Positions 8,406 to 17,750 of a DNA stretch of 64,000 nt are shown here, piece after piece; positions within the stretch are counted from its first letter, which is position 1, and every line of letters begins with the position of its first letter. Source of the DNA: Bacillota bacterium (GTDB lineage: Bacteria; Bacillota; Sulfobacillia; Fermentithermobacillales; Fermentithermobacillaceae); contig JAPXLN010000001.1 of the NCBI GenBank assembly GCA_033809515.1, positions 158,101-222,100 on the forward strand, given 5' to 3'. The translations under genes and the position numbers were made by a program. The notes below the pieces were generated by a model. That model was not told where the DNA came from. It did no database searches and saw nothing but the letters and a program-made list of their open reading frames with translations.

Positions 8406-9389
8406 CTACAAGCTCACAGGATAGGGCGGGTTCAGGTATCTGGCCAGAAACTCGTATATCTCCTTACGAGACTCTTTGGCAAGCCTAGTGTCTATCCTGT
8501 CAAACACATGTCCGCCGGGAGCGTTGTCGTAGATCTTGTACTCAAACTCCTTGCCCGCAGCCTTCAGCGACTTAATCAGATGCTCAACCTCCAGGACGTT
8601 CACATCCTCGTCGTTGGTGGTCGTATGAACTAGGAGAGGAGTCTCCAGCTTGTCAGCATGCCAGGCAGGTGAGCGTTTCCTGTACTCCTTGGGATCCTGA
8701 GCGGCGGTTCTCCCTATGTGATACGGCGCAGCAAAGAGCTCTTGATAGTAGGGCCCCTTGTACCCCATCCGGGCCACCAAATCGCTGACAGGAACCCCTG
8801 CATAAGCTACCTTATAAGCTTCAGGGTAACGGAAGATGTTGAAGAGAGTGATAAAGCCGCCGTGGCTCCATCCCATGATACCCACTCGATCAGAATCTAC
8901 CAGAGGCTCATTTTCGATCATGAAATTGCGCCCTTCCAGGCAATCCTCTACTTCCAGCCCACCGTAGTCAATAAACCTGTAGAACTGGCCACCGTAACCT
9001 GTACTTCCCCGGTAGTCAGGCGCCACAACTATGTACCCCTGGCTTACGAGCTCCTTAATTATGTGGGCCGAACCGGTGCTGAAATTGGAGTGCACTCCGC
9101 CGTGAACGAAAACCATGAGCGGGTACTTCTTGCTCATGTCTGCGTCTTTCGGCACGAAAGTATAGGCCCGGATCTTCAAGGGATTCCCCCTATCCTGGGA
9201 CGACTGCGCCGCCGGATTTGCAGGAGGAGGACCAATGTAGGTAACTTTGTCAACGATGGCTGTATCTTGCATCACCTGGAACCAATGTACGTCATCTATG
9301 GCCTTTGCCAAAGACGAAAACGTCTGGCCCAGGCCTGCCTGTTGTCGCTTGAGCTCCTCAATCTGCTTCTTGAGTTCCTCCATGAACAA
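8406..9389 (-). CDS. S9-family peptidase / alpha-beta hydrolase (prolyl oligopeptidase C-terminal fold).
   Basis: GWSHGG nucleophile elbow and the characteristic VHGG...PDYRGS region. Coiled-coil N-terminus. Confidence 0.7.
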   Translation of the reverse strand: MFMEELKKQIEELKRQQAGLGQTFSSLAKAIDDVHWFQVMQDTAIVDKVTYIGPPPANPAAQSSQDRGNPLKIRAYTFVPKDADMSKKYPLMVFVHGGVHSNFSTGSAHIIKELVSQGYIVVAPDYRGSTGYGGQFYRFIDYGGLEVEDCLEGRNFMIENEPLVDSDRVGIMGWSHGGFITLFNIFRYPEAYKVAYAGVPVSDLVARMGYKGPYYQELFAAPYHIGRTAAQDPKEYRKRSPAWHADKLETPLLVHTTTNDEDVNVLEVEHLIKSLKAAGKEFEYKIYDNAPGGHVFDRIDTRLAKESRKEIYEFLARYLNPPYPVSL

Positions 9390-9496
9390 ACAGCCCCCTT
9401 ACCGTATTTCCCATTAGATATTTCTTGTATCGAAATACTTCCACGAAACTGTTTGTTACTCCTGCCTGAATATTAGCTTGCACGTTCTCCAATCTG

Positions 9497-10765
9497 TTAA
9501 CCCAGGCGAGACTTTTCGCCCGGCATATACTTGCGCAGTACCTCCGGAACGGTGACGCTTCCGTCGGCATTCTGGTAGTTCTCAAGGATAGCTACCAGGG
9601 TCCTGCCGATAGCAATAGCGGTACCGTTCAGGGTGTGCACCAAAGCGGTTTTCCCGCCTGTAGCTTTCTTGTACCTCACGTTCAACCCTCTGGATTGAAA
9701 ATCCGTGCAGTTGCTGCAGGAAGTTATCTCCCGGTACACCCGGTCGGACGGCTTCCAGAATTCAAGATCATACTTCTTGTATGCCACAGGGCCTAAATCG
9801 CCTGCACATATGTTCACAACTCTGTAAGGTATCTCCAGTGTCTGGAAGATCCTCTCCTCAAGGGATACCATCCATTGGTGGGTTGCCTCTGAATCAGCTG
9901 GCTTGTCATACACAAACATCTCCAGTTTGTCAAAGTGGTGTGTGCGTATGAGTCCCCGAACATCCCTGCCTCCGGACCCTACTTCAGTCCTATAACACGG
10001 AGAGAACCCGGCGTACTTAAGGGGCAGATCCTCTTCCCGGAGGATCTCGCCGGCATGCATGGCGCCCAGGGGAATCTCGGAAGTACCGACTAAACCCAGA
10101 TTCTGGCCTTCAATCCGGTAGATCTGATCGCTGAAAAACGGCAGGTGCCTGGTTCCCAGAAGGACATCCTCTCTTACGACTATGGGCGGTATGACGGGCT
10201 GAAACCCTTCTGCAACCAGCAGATCCAGGCCAAACCGGACCAGGGCCAACTCAAGGTACACGGCATCGTTCATCAGGAAATAGGTCCTGGTGCCCCACAC
10301 CTTTGCACCCTTCCCGGTGTCTATAAGCCCCAGGGACTCTCCTATCTCAACATGATCCCTAACCGGGAAGTCAAAGGTTCTAGGCCGGCCCCACCGTCTC
10401 ACCTCAGCGTTTTCCGAATCATCCTTGCCTTCAGGGACATCGGGGGCCAGCAAGTTAGGAACCCAAATCACTATGTCATGGAGCTTCTTCTCAATCTCTG
10501 AAAGTCTTCCCTCTGTCTCAAGAACCTTCTCCCTCACAACCCTGCTTGCTAAGATAAGCTTTTCTCGCTCCTCAGGGTCGCTCTGCCTGCTGACCTTTGC
10601 CGTAATTCGGTTCCTTTCTTCTCTGAGGTCGTTGACCTGTCGAACAAGGGCAGAGCGCTCCTCGTCCAGCTGTAAAATGAGATCCAGGGGAGCTGTAGCC
10701 TTGCGCCTTCGCAGCATGTCTTCGACCAGAGGCCGGTTCTCACGCAAAATGCCTACGTCGAACAT
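9497..10765 (-). CDS. serS: Seryl-tRNA synthetase.
   Basis: Coiled-coil N-terminal arm plus class II aaRS core motifs. 422 aa. Preceded by a T-box leader. Confidence 0.9.
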   Translation of the reverse strand: MFDVGILRENRPLVEDMLRRRKATAPLDLILQLDEERSALVRQVNDLREERNRITAKVSRQSDPEEREKLILASRVVREKVLETEGRLSEIEKKLHDIVIWVPNLLAPDVPEGKDDSENAEVRRWGRPRTFDFPVRDHVEIGESLGLIDTGKGAKVWGTRTYFLMNDAVYLELALVRFGLDLLVAEGFQPVIPPIVVREDVLLGTRHLPFFSDQIYRIEGQNLGLVGTSEIPLGAMHAGEILREEDLPLKYAGFSPCYRTEVGSGGRDVRGLIRTHHFDKLEMFVYDKPADSEATHQWMVSLEERIFQTLEIPYRVVNICAGDLGPVAYKKYDLEFWKPSDRVYREITSCSNCTDFQSRGLNVRYKKATGGKTALVHTLNGTAIAIGRTLVAILENYQNADGSVTVPEVLRKYMPGEKSRLG

Positions 10766-11040
10766 AGTCTTCCCTCCTTAAAATAAAGGAGCAGGTCGTC
10801 TCAAGGACGAGACAACCTGCTCTCGTGGTGCCACCTTGTTTTGCGTAGTCCAGGATGGCCTGGAACCCGCCTCGTCTGCCGTAACGGGGCTTACCGGCAC
10901 AGCATACTCAGGCCTGTATTGTCAAGCCCTTTGTGCAGCGCACCTCCGGGGTGCTCTCAACAGGGTGCCGGGCGCCGCCTCGCACCGGCCGGCAGCTCTC
11001 TTTGGCCCGTAGACCTGTCTATCTGTCCCCTTCAACGGTT
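10766..11040 (-). promoter_or_regulatory. T-box riboswitch leader of serS.
   Basis: On the minus strand the T-box sequence AACAAGGUGGCACCACG (plus 10822-10842) sits immediately 5' of a 14-bp terminator hairpin (10789-10822) followed by CUUUAUUUU, then the AAGGAGGG RBS and the start codon. The UGGC bulge predicts discriminator G, as in tRNA-Ser. A candidate promoter TTAACT-17-TGaTATAGT lies at 11047-11075. Confidence 0.6.
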
Positions 11041-11110
11041 TCAAAGACTATATCATAGGCTGCGCCAAAAGTTAAACCGCATTCCTCGTCACAACCGCAT
11101 TAGAACCACG

Positions 11111-12331
11111 CTAGAACCGCAATGCCTTTACCCAGAGATGCATGACCAGGCGGAGGTTTGGATCTTCCAGGTCCGCTCCGGTAATCTCCTGAATTCGTCT
11201 GACTCTGTAGTCCAGGGTATTGGCATGTATATCCAGCCTTAAGGCGGCCTCCTTGCGCTTGCCGTAAAAATCAAGGTAAGCTTCAAGGGTGGCAAAAAGG
11301 TCGGTACCCCGGTGACTGTCGTAATCTCTGACCTTCTCTACAAGACGCCTGCCGAAGTAGGGCGAAGTCGGACAAGTAGCCATGCATGAGACAAGCTCAT
11401 AAGCAGCTAGTGTGCTGTAGTCGAAACATGGTCCCCGGGAGCCCAACTTGATTCCGATGTTGATAGCTCTTGAAGACTCCAGGTAACACGCTCGCACGTC
11501 AGAAAGACTCTCTCCCGGAGTGCCCATTCCCACAGCAAAAACAAGGCGCCGGGCTTGCCCCGGCTCCTCGCCTGGCTCACCCATATCCCGGTCCCAGGCT
11601 CCCGCCTTTTCGGCCAGCTTGCTTGCCTCCGAAGCGCTTATGCCGCTCACAACGAAAACCGTCTCGCTCTCAAAGGTGCCTCTGACAAAGCTTACCCCAT
11701 GCTTCTGCAAGCTCTCTTCAAAAGCATTTGCGCACCGGAGGACCGGCTCAAGGTCAGCCCCGGATACGGCCCTAACGGTAACTACATAAATGGGCCGGGA
11801 AGGATACCATCCAAGAGCTTTCGCCCTGAGGTCAAGCGCTTCACCAAGATCATTAAGGTCGCCGGGCTCAGCAGCAATAAGGTCCCTGACAAGTCCGTTT
11901 TGCAGTTCATCCCGGCGCAGCCATGCCGAGTCTCTGCGCAATAGGGCTGATGCCAGTGCCTGACATGCCCGCAAGAACGCCTCTTCGATCCTGGCAGGTA
12001 TTATTGATTCATCATACACGGCCCAAAGGTAACCGAGCACCTTACCCTTGGCCTTTACCGGTGCGCAGATCCGCGGGCCGAACCCTATTTCCGGAATGGC
12101 AGCCACCCGAGCAATGCCAGTGGCAGAGTCCACACATTCATAGACACCCCTTCTCCTCAGGGCGTCAAGGGTGTTGAGAGATGCCCCTTTTCTTAGAAGG
12201 GTTTCCATGCGGACATTATCAACCGGTTCCTCGTGAACCGAGTATGCTATGAGCCTTCCAACTGCATCCTCTACTGTTATCGGGCGTTTGACAATGCGGG
12301 CCAGTTCATCCACGATAGACTGAAATTCCAT
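11111..12331 (-). CDS. PucR-family transcriptional regulator.
   Basis: C-terminal PucR-type HTH (LRLDIHANTLDYRVRRIQEITG). It directly follows the oxidoreductase operon. Confidence 0.7.
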   Translation of the reverse strand: MEFQSIVDELARIVKRPITVEDAVGRLIAYSVHEEPVDNVRMETLLRKGASLNTLDALRRRGVYECVDSATGIARVAAIPEIGFGPRICAPVKAKGKVLGYLWAVYDESIIPARIEEAFLRACQALASALLRRDSAWLRRDELQNGLVRDLIAAEPGDLNDLGEALDLRAKALGWYPSRPIYVVTVRAVSGADLEPVLRCANAFEESLQKHGVSFVRGTFESETVFVVSGISASEASKLAEKAGAWDRDMGEPGEEPGQARRLVFAVGMGTPGESLSDVRACYLESSRAINIGIKLGSRGPCFDYSTLAAYELVSCMATCPTSPYFGRRLVEKVRDYDSHRGTDLFATLEAYLDFYGKRKEAALRLDIHANTLDYRVRRIQEITGADLEDPNLRLVMHLWVKALRF

Positions 12332-12419
12332 GCCATGTCACCACCTCAGTCAGGCAAAGAACATCCAAAGGCCCGATACGACTGTTCGTCATGTTCCCGG
12401 CATTATCCTGCAAAAGCGC

Positions 12420-13568
12420 CTAGACCACCGAAGGTTCGACCATTAGTTCTCCACGCTTGAACCTGTCCAGATTCAGACCGCTGATGTCAAGGGAAGTCTC
12501 CTGCCCCAGGATCAGTTGGGCCATGAGCCGGCCGGTGATAGGAGCAAGCATGAATCCGTGTCCGCTGAATCCAACTGACTGGTAGTAACCTTGGACTCCC
12601 GGGACATCTCCCAGAATTGGGTGTGCGTCGGGCGTAACCGTGTACAGACCCGACCACTGCCTGACCACCCGGATACCTCTCAACGCAGGCAGCACAGGGC
12701 ACATGACCCTTGCCATTTCCTGTAGGAAATGCCATGAGTGGCCAATGTCATATCCCAGAGGTTCGTTAGGGTTCCCCATACCCATCACAAAAGAGCCTTC
12801 AGGGCCCTGCTGGCAGTAGTAGTTTCTCGAGAACGACATGAGCATTGGGTCCAAAATCCATCCAACAGGCTCAGTGGCAAGGATCTGGTGGCGCTGGGTA
12901 AATAACGGCAGTTCCACTCCGACCATCGCAGCTACAGGGGCCGCCCATGGTCCCGCTGCGTTGATGACTATGGGTGTGCTTATTCCTCCCCTGTCAGTGG
13001 TGACTCTTTGCACCTGGCCACCGGATACGTCAATTCCCGTTACCCTGGTGAAGAAACTTGCTTCGCCGCCTAACCTCCGAAAAGCTTGTAGATATGCCCT
13101 GGTAGTTTGAAATGGGTTGGCGTGGCCATCCCGGGCATTGAAGGTAGCTCCATAGAGGCCTTCTACGCTTACAGGCGGGAAAGTGTTTTTCACATCGTCA
13201 GGAGTCATGATTACCGACTTGATGCCCAAGCGGTTCTGAAGAGCTACGTTCTTTTGAAACTGATCCCACTCTTTCTCTGTGTAGGCCATCATAAGGTAGC
13301 CTTTCTCCAGAAACTCAATGTCTCTGTCAGCCTGAAGCTCTTCCGGAAGCTGCTCGAAGATATCAATGGCCGCCTTGGCGAGCAAGCAATTGCCTTCTCT
13401 GCCCCATTGCTCTCTGACGCCGGCACCGCACCTTCCTGTAGAACCGTTTGCAAAAGTATTCTTCTCGCAGAGCACCACATTCTTCATGCCCAACTTGAGA
13501 AGGTTGTAGGCAATTGACGCACCCTGCACACCGCCACCGATAACTACGGCATCGGCACTCTTTCTCAT
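12420..13568 (-). CDS. FAD-dependent oxidoreductase, D-amino-acid-oxidase (DAO) superfamily. Sarcosine oxidase beta / HcnC / OoxB-like.
   Basis: N-terminal VVIGGGVQG dinucleotide-binding motif. 382 aa. Confidence 0.8.
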   Translation of the reverse strand: MRKSADAVVIGGGVQGASIAYNLLKLGMKNVVLCEKNTFANGSTGRCGAGVREQWGREGNCLLAKAAIDIFEQLPEELQADRDIEFLEKGYLMMAYTEKEWDQFQKNVALQNRLGIKSVIMTPDDVKNTFPPVSVEGLYGATFNARDGHANPFQTTRAYLQAFRRLGGEASFFTRVTGIDVSGGQVQRVTTDRGGISTPIVINAAGPWAAPVAAMVGVELPLFTQRHQILATEPVGWILDPMLMSFSRNYYCQQGPEGSFVMGMGNPNEPLGYDIGHSWHFLQEMARVMCPVLPALRGIRVVRQWSGLYTVTPDAHPILGDVPGVQGYYQSVGFSGHGFMLAPITGRLMAQLILGQETSLDISGLNLDRFKRGELMVEPSVV

Positions 13569-13999
13569 GATCCCTTCACCTCCGCCGCCTTACCCTTGTC
13601 GCTGGCCTTCTCTGACTCTTGGCCGCCTTCTTCCATGTCCCTTTGACCGGCTGGAAAAGCGGCCCTCTCCAGATCCCCCATCTGCACGGCCTTGGACGGA
13701 GGTCTGCAAGTGGAAGGCAGTATTTCGGCAACGTTCTTGCCCAGAGCTCTGGCCAGTTCAGAAGCAATGAGCAGGCGGCACGTACGTCCCTGGCATGGTC
13801 CCATGCCCGCCCTGGTGGTACGCCTTATCTCGTCCATGGTGGTTGCGCCTTCCCGAATAACCTTTCGGATCTCCTCCAGGGTAACGTCTTCGCACCTGCA
13901 AACGATGATGTCACCGTCAAGTTCAGGCATGATCACCACTCCTCGCATATTCGAAAGTGCCTGGCAACTGTAGACAGATCCTTGGGAGCTCTTACCCAT
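13565..13999 (-). CDS. BFD-like (2Fe-2S)-binding protein. The true start is probably internal, near 13930.
   Basis: CRCEDV...C...C motif typical of the BFD-like [2Fe-2S] domain. The longest ORF overlaps the upstream gene by 67 nt. Confidence 0.55.
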   Translation of the reverse strand: MGKSSQGSVYSCQALSNMRGVVIMPELDGDIIVCRCEDVTLEEIRKVIREGATTMDEIRRTTRAGMGPCQGRTCRLLIASELARALGKNVAEILPSTCRPPSKAVQMGDLERAAFPAGQRDMEEGGQESEKASDKGKAAEVKGS

Positions 14000-14439
14000 A
14001 CAACAGGTGTGCCCTGAGGCTTCTTGCCGGAAATGACCCTTTCCACCGAACCTCTGCCTGCGATGCTCCCGGATCTATCAAGCAAGGTCACCTTCTGGCC
14101 CTTTTCTGGCAGGGGGCAGAACTCATAGGGCATGGCTATTAGGCACTCTGTATCGCTGAAAGTATCGTCGATGACGAAAATGGCCAGCCCAGGACAAGCT
14201 GCGACACATGCGCCGCAGCCGGTACACTTATCCCAGTCAGCCACAGGAATGTCGTTAATGTCGTGAAACTCAGGGATGCCTCCAAAGCGACAGCTGTGAT
14301 GGCAAGGGTCGCAGGGTATCTTCTGAAAGCATTCAATCATCACGTAGGGTCCTTTTGCCCTTCTCTCTTTGGAGGGTATTTTCCGTGAAAGATCCTCCTG
14401 AGAGGGCACCCCTGACGAGAGCAATGAGTTCTCCGTCAT
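13933..14439 (-). CDS. 4Fe-4S dicluster ferredoxin-domain protein.
   Basis: CDPCHHSC and CTGCGACVAACP cysteine motifs. Confidence 0.65.
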   Translation of the reverse strand: MTENSLLSSGVPSQEDLSRKIPSKERRAKGPYVMIECFQKIPCDPCHHSCRFGGIPEFHDINDIPVADWDKCTGCGACVAACPGLAIFVIDDTFSDTECLIAMPYEFCPLPEKGQKVTLLDRSGSIAGRGSVERVISGKKPQGTPVVWVRAPKDLSTVARHFRICEEW

Positions 14440-15590
14440 GATTCAGCCCTCCTCTCAGACAGTTCCTTCAGTCTCGCCAATCCCTGACGTATCTTTTCAC
14501 CTGTAGGTCCTGCTCTCAGAGACTCCAGTTCGGACGAGATATCCTGCCGCGCCTTGAAAAAGTCGTTTTCGTCCATCTTTGCCAGACTGTAGGCAGCTGA
14601 GAGTCCCGCAAGCTTTCCGGCGGCCATAGCCGTAGAAGCTTCCTCGATGCCCGCTGCATCGCCTGCTACGTAGACGCCTTCAGCTGTGGTCTCCATGTTC
14701 TCATCGTAGACGGGAACGAACCCTCCGAGCTGTGGCACGTACCTCATCTCAGATCCTGCCTGCCACAGAAGCTCCCCAAGAGGCGTCAGGCCCGTGGCCA
14801 GACATACGACATCGACTCTGAGATCCTTTTCGGTTCCGGGCACTCCCTTCCACCGCTCATCCAGCTGCCATATGACTGCGCCTTCGACCTGGACGTCCCC
14901 GTATACTTCCTTGACGCTGTGGCGTGTTAGGACAGGGATGCCAAGGCGCCTGATCTTAGCAGCGTGCACTGCGTACCCACCTATTGACGGCATGGCCTCA
15001 ACCAGACATGCGACTTTCACGCCGGCCTGAGCCAGCTGGTAGCTGACAATGAGCCCGATGTTCCCCGAACCTACCATTAGGACAGATTGTCCGGGCCGTA
15101 TGCCGTAAACATTCATAAGTGTCTGAACGGCACCTGCACCGTAAACTCCGGGAAGATCGTTGCCCGGGAAAAGCAGCATCTTCTCAAGTGCCCCTGTGGC
15201 AATCAGAAGACGCTGGCTGCGAAGATGCTCTATGCCGTCCGGGGTCTCAAGCAAAAGGACTCCGTCCTGGTAATATCCCAAAGCTTCTGTGGACCCCAGG
15301 AACCTAATGCCAGGTTCCGACATCACCTGGTCAGCCAGGCGCTGAGCAATGACAATACCGCGTGTGCCTGCTGACTTTTGATGCCATCCAAAAAACTTGT
15401 GAGTTTGCTTAATCAGCTGACCACCCGGGTAATCACTGCGGTCAATAAGGGTGACCTTGACCCCGTGTGAAGCAGCTTCAAGAGCTCCGCATATCCCGGC
15501 AGGTCCTGCCCCAACTATGGCCAGTTCAGCCTCTATCAAGATCGTCACTCCCCCATCCAGGGGCCGGTCCGGCACCCACCTGCATTTCAA
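14436..15590 (-). CDS. NAD(P)/FAD-dependent pyridine nucleotide-disulfide oxidoreductase. HcnB / OoxA / PDH-alpha-like.
   Basis: IVGAGPAG FAD-binding motif and a second Rossmann motif (VGSGNIG). ATGA overlap with the downstream gene. Confidence 0.75.
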   Translation of the reverse strand: MKCRWVPDRPLDGGVTILIEAELAIVGAGPAGICGALEAASHGVKVTLIDRSDYPGGQLIKQTHKFFGWHQKSAGTRGIVIAQRLADQVMSEPGIRFLGSTEALGYYQDGVLLLETPDGIEHLRSQRLLIATGALEKMLLFPGNDLPGVYGAGAVQTLMNVYGIRPGQSVLMVGSGNIGLIVSYQLAQAGVKVACLVEAMPSIGGYAVHAAKIRRLGIPVLTRHSVKEVYGDVQVEGAVIWQLDERWKGVPGTEKDLRVDVVCLATGLTPLGELLWQAGSEMRYVPQLGGFVPVYDENMETTAEGVYVAGDAAGIEEASTAMAAGKLAGLSAAYSLAKMDENDFFKARQDISSELESLRAGPTGEKIRQGLARLKELSERRAES

Positions 15591-16005
15591 CTCTGATTCC
15601 TTCTCTCACCTTCTCAGTGCAAGCCCTGACGTTGGGAACGCCATCAACGACAACCAGGCATGAGGAACAGTTTCCTATGGCACAAAAGAACCCCCGCGGC
15701 CTATCAAGTTTCAGACTCTTGTGAAGGACCTTGATGCCTGCCGCATGAAGCGCAGCCGCTATGGGCTCCCCCTCATACCCCCAGACTTCCTCGTCTTGCC
15801 AGAAGAACCGCACTCTCTTCCTCTCAGGGAAGTCCAGCACCGGATGATCTCGGACGCGTGATTCCAAAGCTAAGACCCCTCCTTTTGAGCATCTGGAGAA
15901 TCCTATCCCTTGGTCAATACTTATCACTGCCTTGTGGAAAGGGCATTGTGTTCTGCCGCCAAACCCCTTCGTGAGACGAACACTAATGCATAGGCCAAAG
16001 CTCAA
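15526..16005 (-). CDS. (2Fe-2S)-binding subunit. HcnA-like. The start is probably internal.
   Basis: C-terminal CAIGNCSSC...C motif. The long N-terminal extension is not supported. Confidence 0.5.
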   Translation of the reverse strand: MSFGLCISVRLTKGFGGRTQCPFHKAVISIDQGIGFSRCSKGGVLALESRVRDHPVLDFPERKRVRFFWQDEEVWGYEGEPIAAALHAAGIKVLHKSLKLDRPRGFFCAIGNCSSCLVVVDGVPNVRACTEKVREGIRVEMQVGAGPAPGWGSDDLDRG

Positions 16006-16076
16006 AGAGGAAAGATTATCCTTGAACGATTTCGGGCAATTTCTGCCGGTTATGCCATATGTGGGGGAGATAGCTG

Positions 16077-17750
16077 TTGCTTAAGAACGCCGTCAGACTT
16101 CTTTCCCGGCTGGGGAAAACACGAAACAGGTCGCAGGTCAGACCCAGCATGACAAAAAGGTCAAGGCTGCCCCAAGTGCCTTCAGGGGCAGACCTGACAT
16201 CCCTTGTCCTCTCCGGGGAGCTATCAGTCGATACTAGACGCATCAAAGAGGCTTCGGGCAACAGCTCCGACCTGGTTGTCAGGGAACTCACTGTTGGAAA
16301 CGGCGCCGGAGAGCCTATCCCTGTGGTTCTTATTCATATTGATGGTCTCATAGACAACAAGACAGTCTCTGACATGCTGCTCATGGGCGTTTCCGACCAG
16401 TCCTCTGACTGGCAAGCTCCTGCTCAAGCTTATGCAGGGTTCAAAGAGCAACTTGTCATGATTGGCAATACCAGGGAAGTCACATCCATTAATGCTCTCT
16501 TTCACCTCATGGCCAGCGGACACTGCGCAGTTTTGGTTGACGGCATTCGGGGAGCTCTTGTGTGCGATGTCCGCGGGTGGGAAGAAAGAAGCATTTCTGA
16601 ACCAACGACAGAAGTTACAGTCCGCGGACCTAAGGAAGGGTTTGCAGAAACCCTTCGCGTAAACACCAGCTTACTCAGGCGCAGGATCAAAGACCGGAGG
16701 CTCTGCGTCGAACAGCTCACCATCGGAAGGGTAAGCCAGACCGAAGTCGCTGTGGTCTACATATCGGGCATAGCTAACAGTAGAACCGTTGATGAAGTGA
16801 GAACCAGGCTAAAGAAGATCGACGTAGCTAGCATTCAGGAAAGCGGTCATCTTGAAGAGTACATTGAAGATGCGCCGTTTTCCCCTTTTCCAACGACACT
16901 GCGCACAGAACGTCCTGACAAGGTGGCCGGCAATCTCATAGAGGGAAGAATTGCAATTCTTACAGACGGCACCCCCTTCGTTCTCATTGTACCTGCCACC
17001 TTTACTATGTTTCTTACTACGCCCGAAGACTACTTCGAAAGGTCCTATGCCGGAACAGCAATACGAGCGCTTCGCTACTTTGCGTTTTCTGTCTCACTCA
17101 CGCTGCCTGCCCTATACGTGGCCATAACCACCTTCCACCAGGAAATGCTCCCCACGCCCCTTATACTCAGCATTGCCTCTCAAAGAGAGAGGATTCCCTT
17201 TCCCGCCATGGTGGAAGCGCTTCTGATGGAACTCGTCTTTGAGGTTCTGCGGGAAGCCGGACTCCGGTTGCCAAGAATAGTGGGTCAAGCTGTCAGCATT
17301 ATCGGTGCACTGGTAGTAGGCGAGGCGGCTATGCGGGCAGGCCTTGTATCCGGAGCTATGGTGGTAGTGGTAGCAGGGACAGGCATAGCTTCCTTTGCCA
17401 CCCCTGCTTTCAGCATGGCAATCTCTGCCCGCCTGTTGCGCTTCCCGCTCATCTTCTTAGGAGGCAGCCTGGGTCTGTTCGGAGTAAGCGGAGGCCTTAT
17501 GATGCTTTTGATTCACCTAACAGCTCTACGGTCCTTCGGGGTTCCCTACTTGGAGCCTTTCTTTCCGGTAGTTCTGCGTGACCTCAAGGATGCAGTCGCG
17601 CGGGTTCCCTGGTGGGCCATGGGTACCCGGCCACGCCTTGTAGCTCCCATCAATCAGGAAAGGGAAGCTCCGGACATGCTGCCACAACCACCGCCTGCCG
17701 GAAAGCGAAAACTCCGGCGCAAGCCTGTAAGGCAGGTGACGGAAAAATGA
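16077..17750 (+). CDS. gerAA: Spore germination protein, GerA family A subunit.
   Basis: GerA-family signature region (ILTDGTPFVLIVPATF) and C-terminal TM segments. TTG start with a GGGGGAG RBS. Confidence 0.85.
   Translation: MLKNAVRLLSRLGKTRNRSQVRPSMTKRSRLPQVPSGADLTSLVLSGELSVDTRRIKEASGNSSDLVVRELTVGNGAGEPIPVVLIHIDGLIDNKTVSDMLLMGVSDQSSDWQAPAQAYAGFKEQLVMIGNTREVTSINALFHLMASGHCAVLVDGIRGALVCDVRGWEERSISEPTTEVTVRGPKEGFAETLRVNTSLLRRRIKDRRLCVEQLTIGRVSQTEVAVVYISGIANSRTVDEVRTRLKKIDVASIQESGHLEEYIEDAPFSPFPTTLRTERPDKVAGNLIEGRIAILTDGTPFVLIVPATFTMFLTTPEDYFERSYAGTAIRALRYFAFSVSLTLPALYVAITTFHQEMLPTPLILSIASQRERIPFPAMVEALLMELVFEVLREAGLRLPRIVGQAVSIIGALVVGEAAMRAGLVSGAMVVVVAGTGIASFATPAFSMAISARLLRFPLIFLGGSLGLFGVSGGLMMLLIHLTALRSFGVPYLEPFFPVVLRDLKDAVARVPWWAMGTRPRLVAPINQEREAPDMLPQPPPAGKRKLRRKPVRQVTEK

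Noticed and set aside
16016-16291. 91-aa minus-strand ORF overlapping the gerAA 5' region.
   Set aside because: It is antisense to gerAA and has no RBS or homology.
17612-17746. Upstream extension of the gerAB ORF (start at 17612).
   Set aside because: It overlaps the gerAA C-terminus in another frame. An ATG at 17747 overlaps the gerAA stop (ATGA) and gives a typical GerAB N-terminus.
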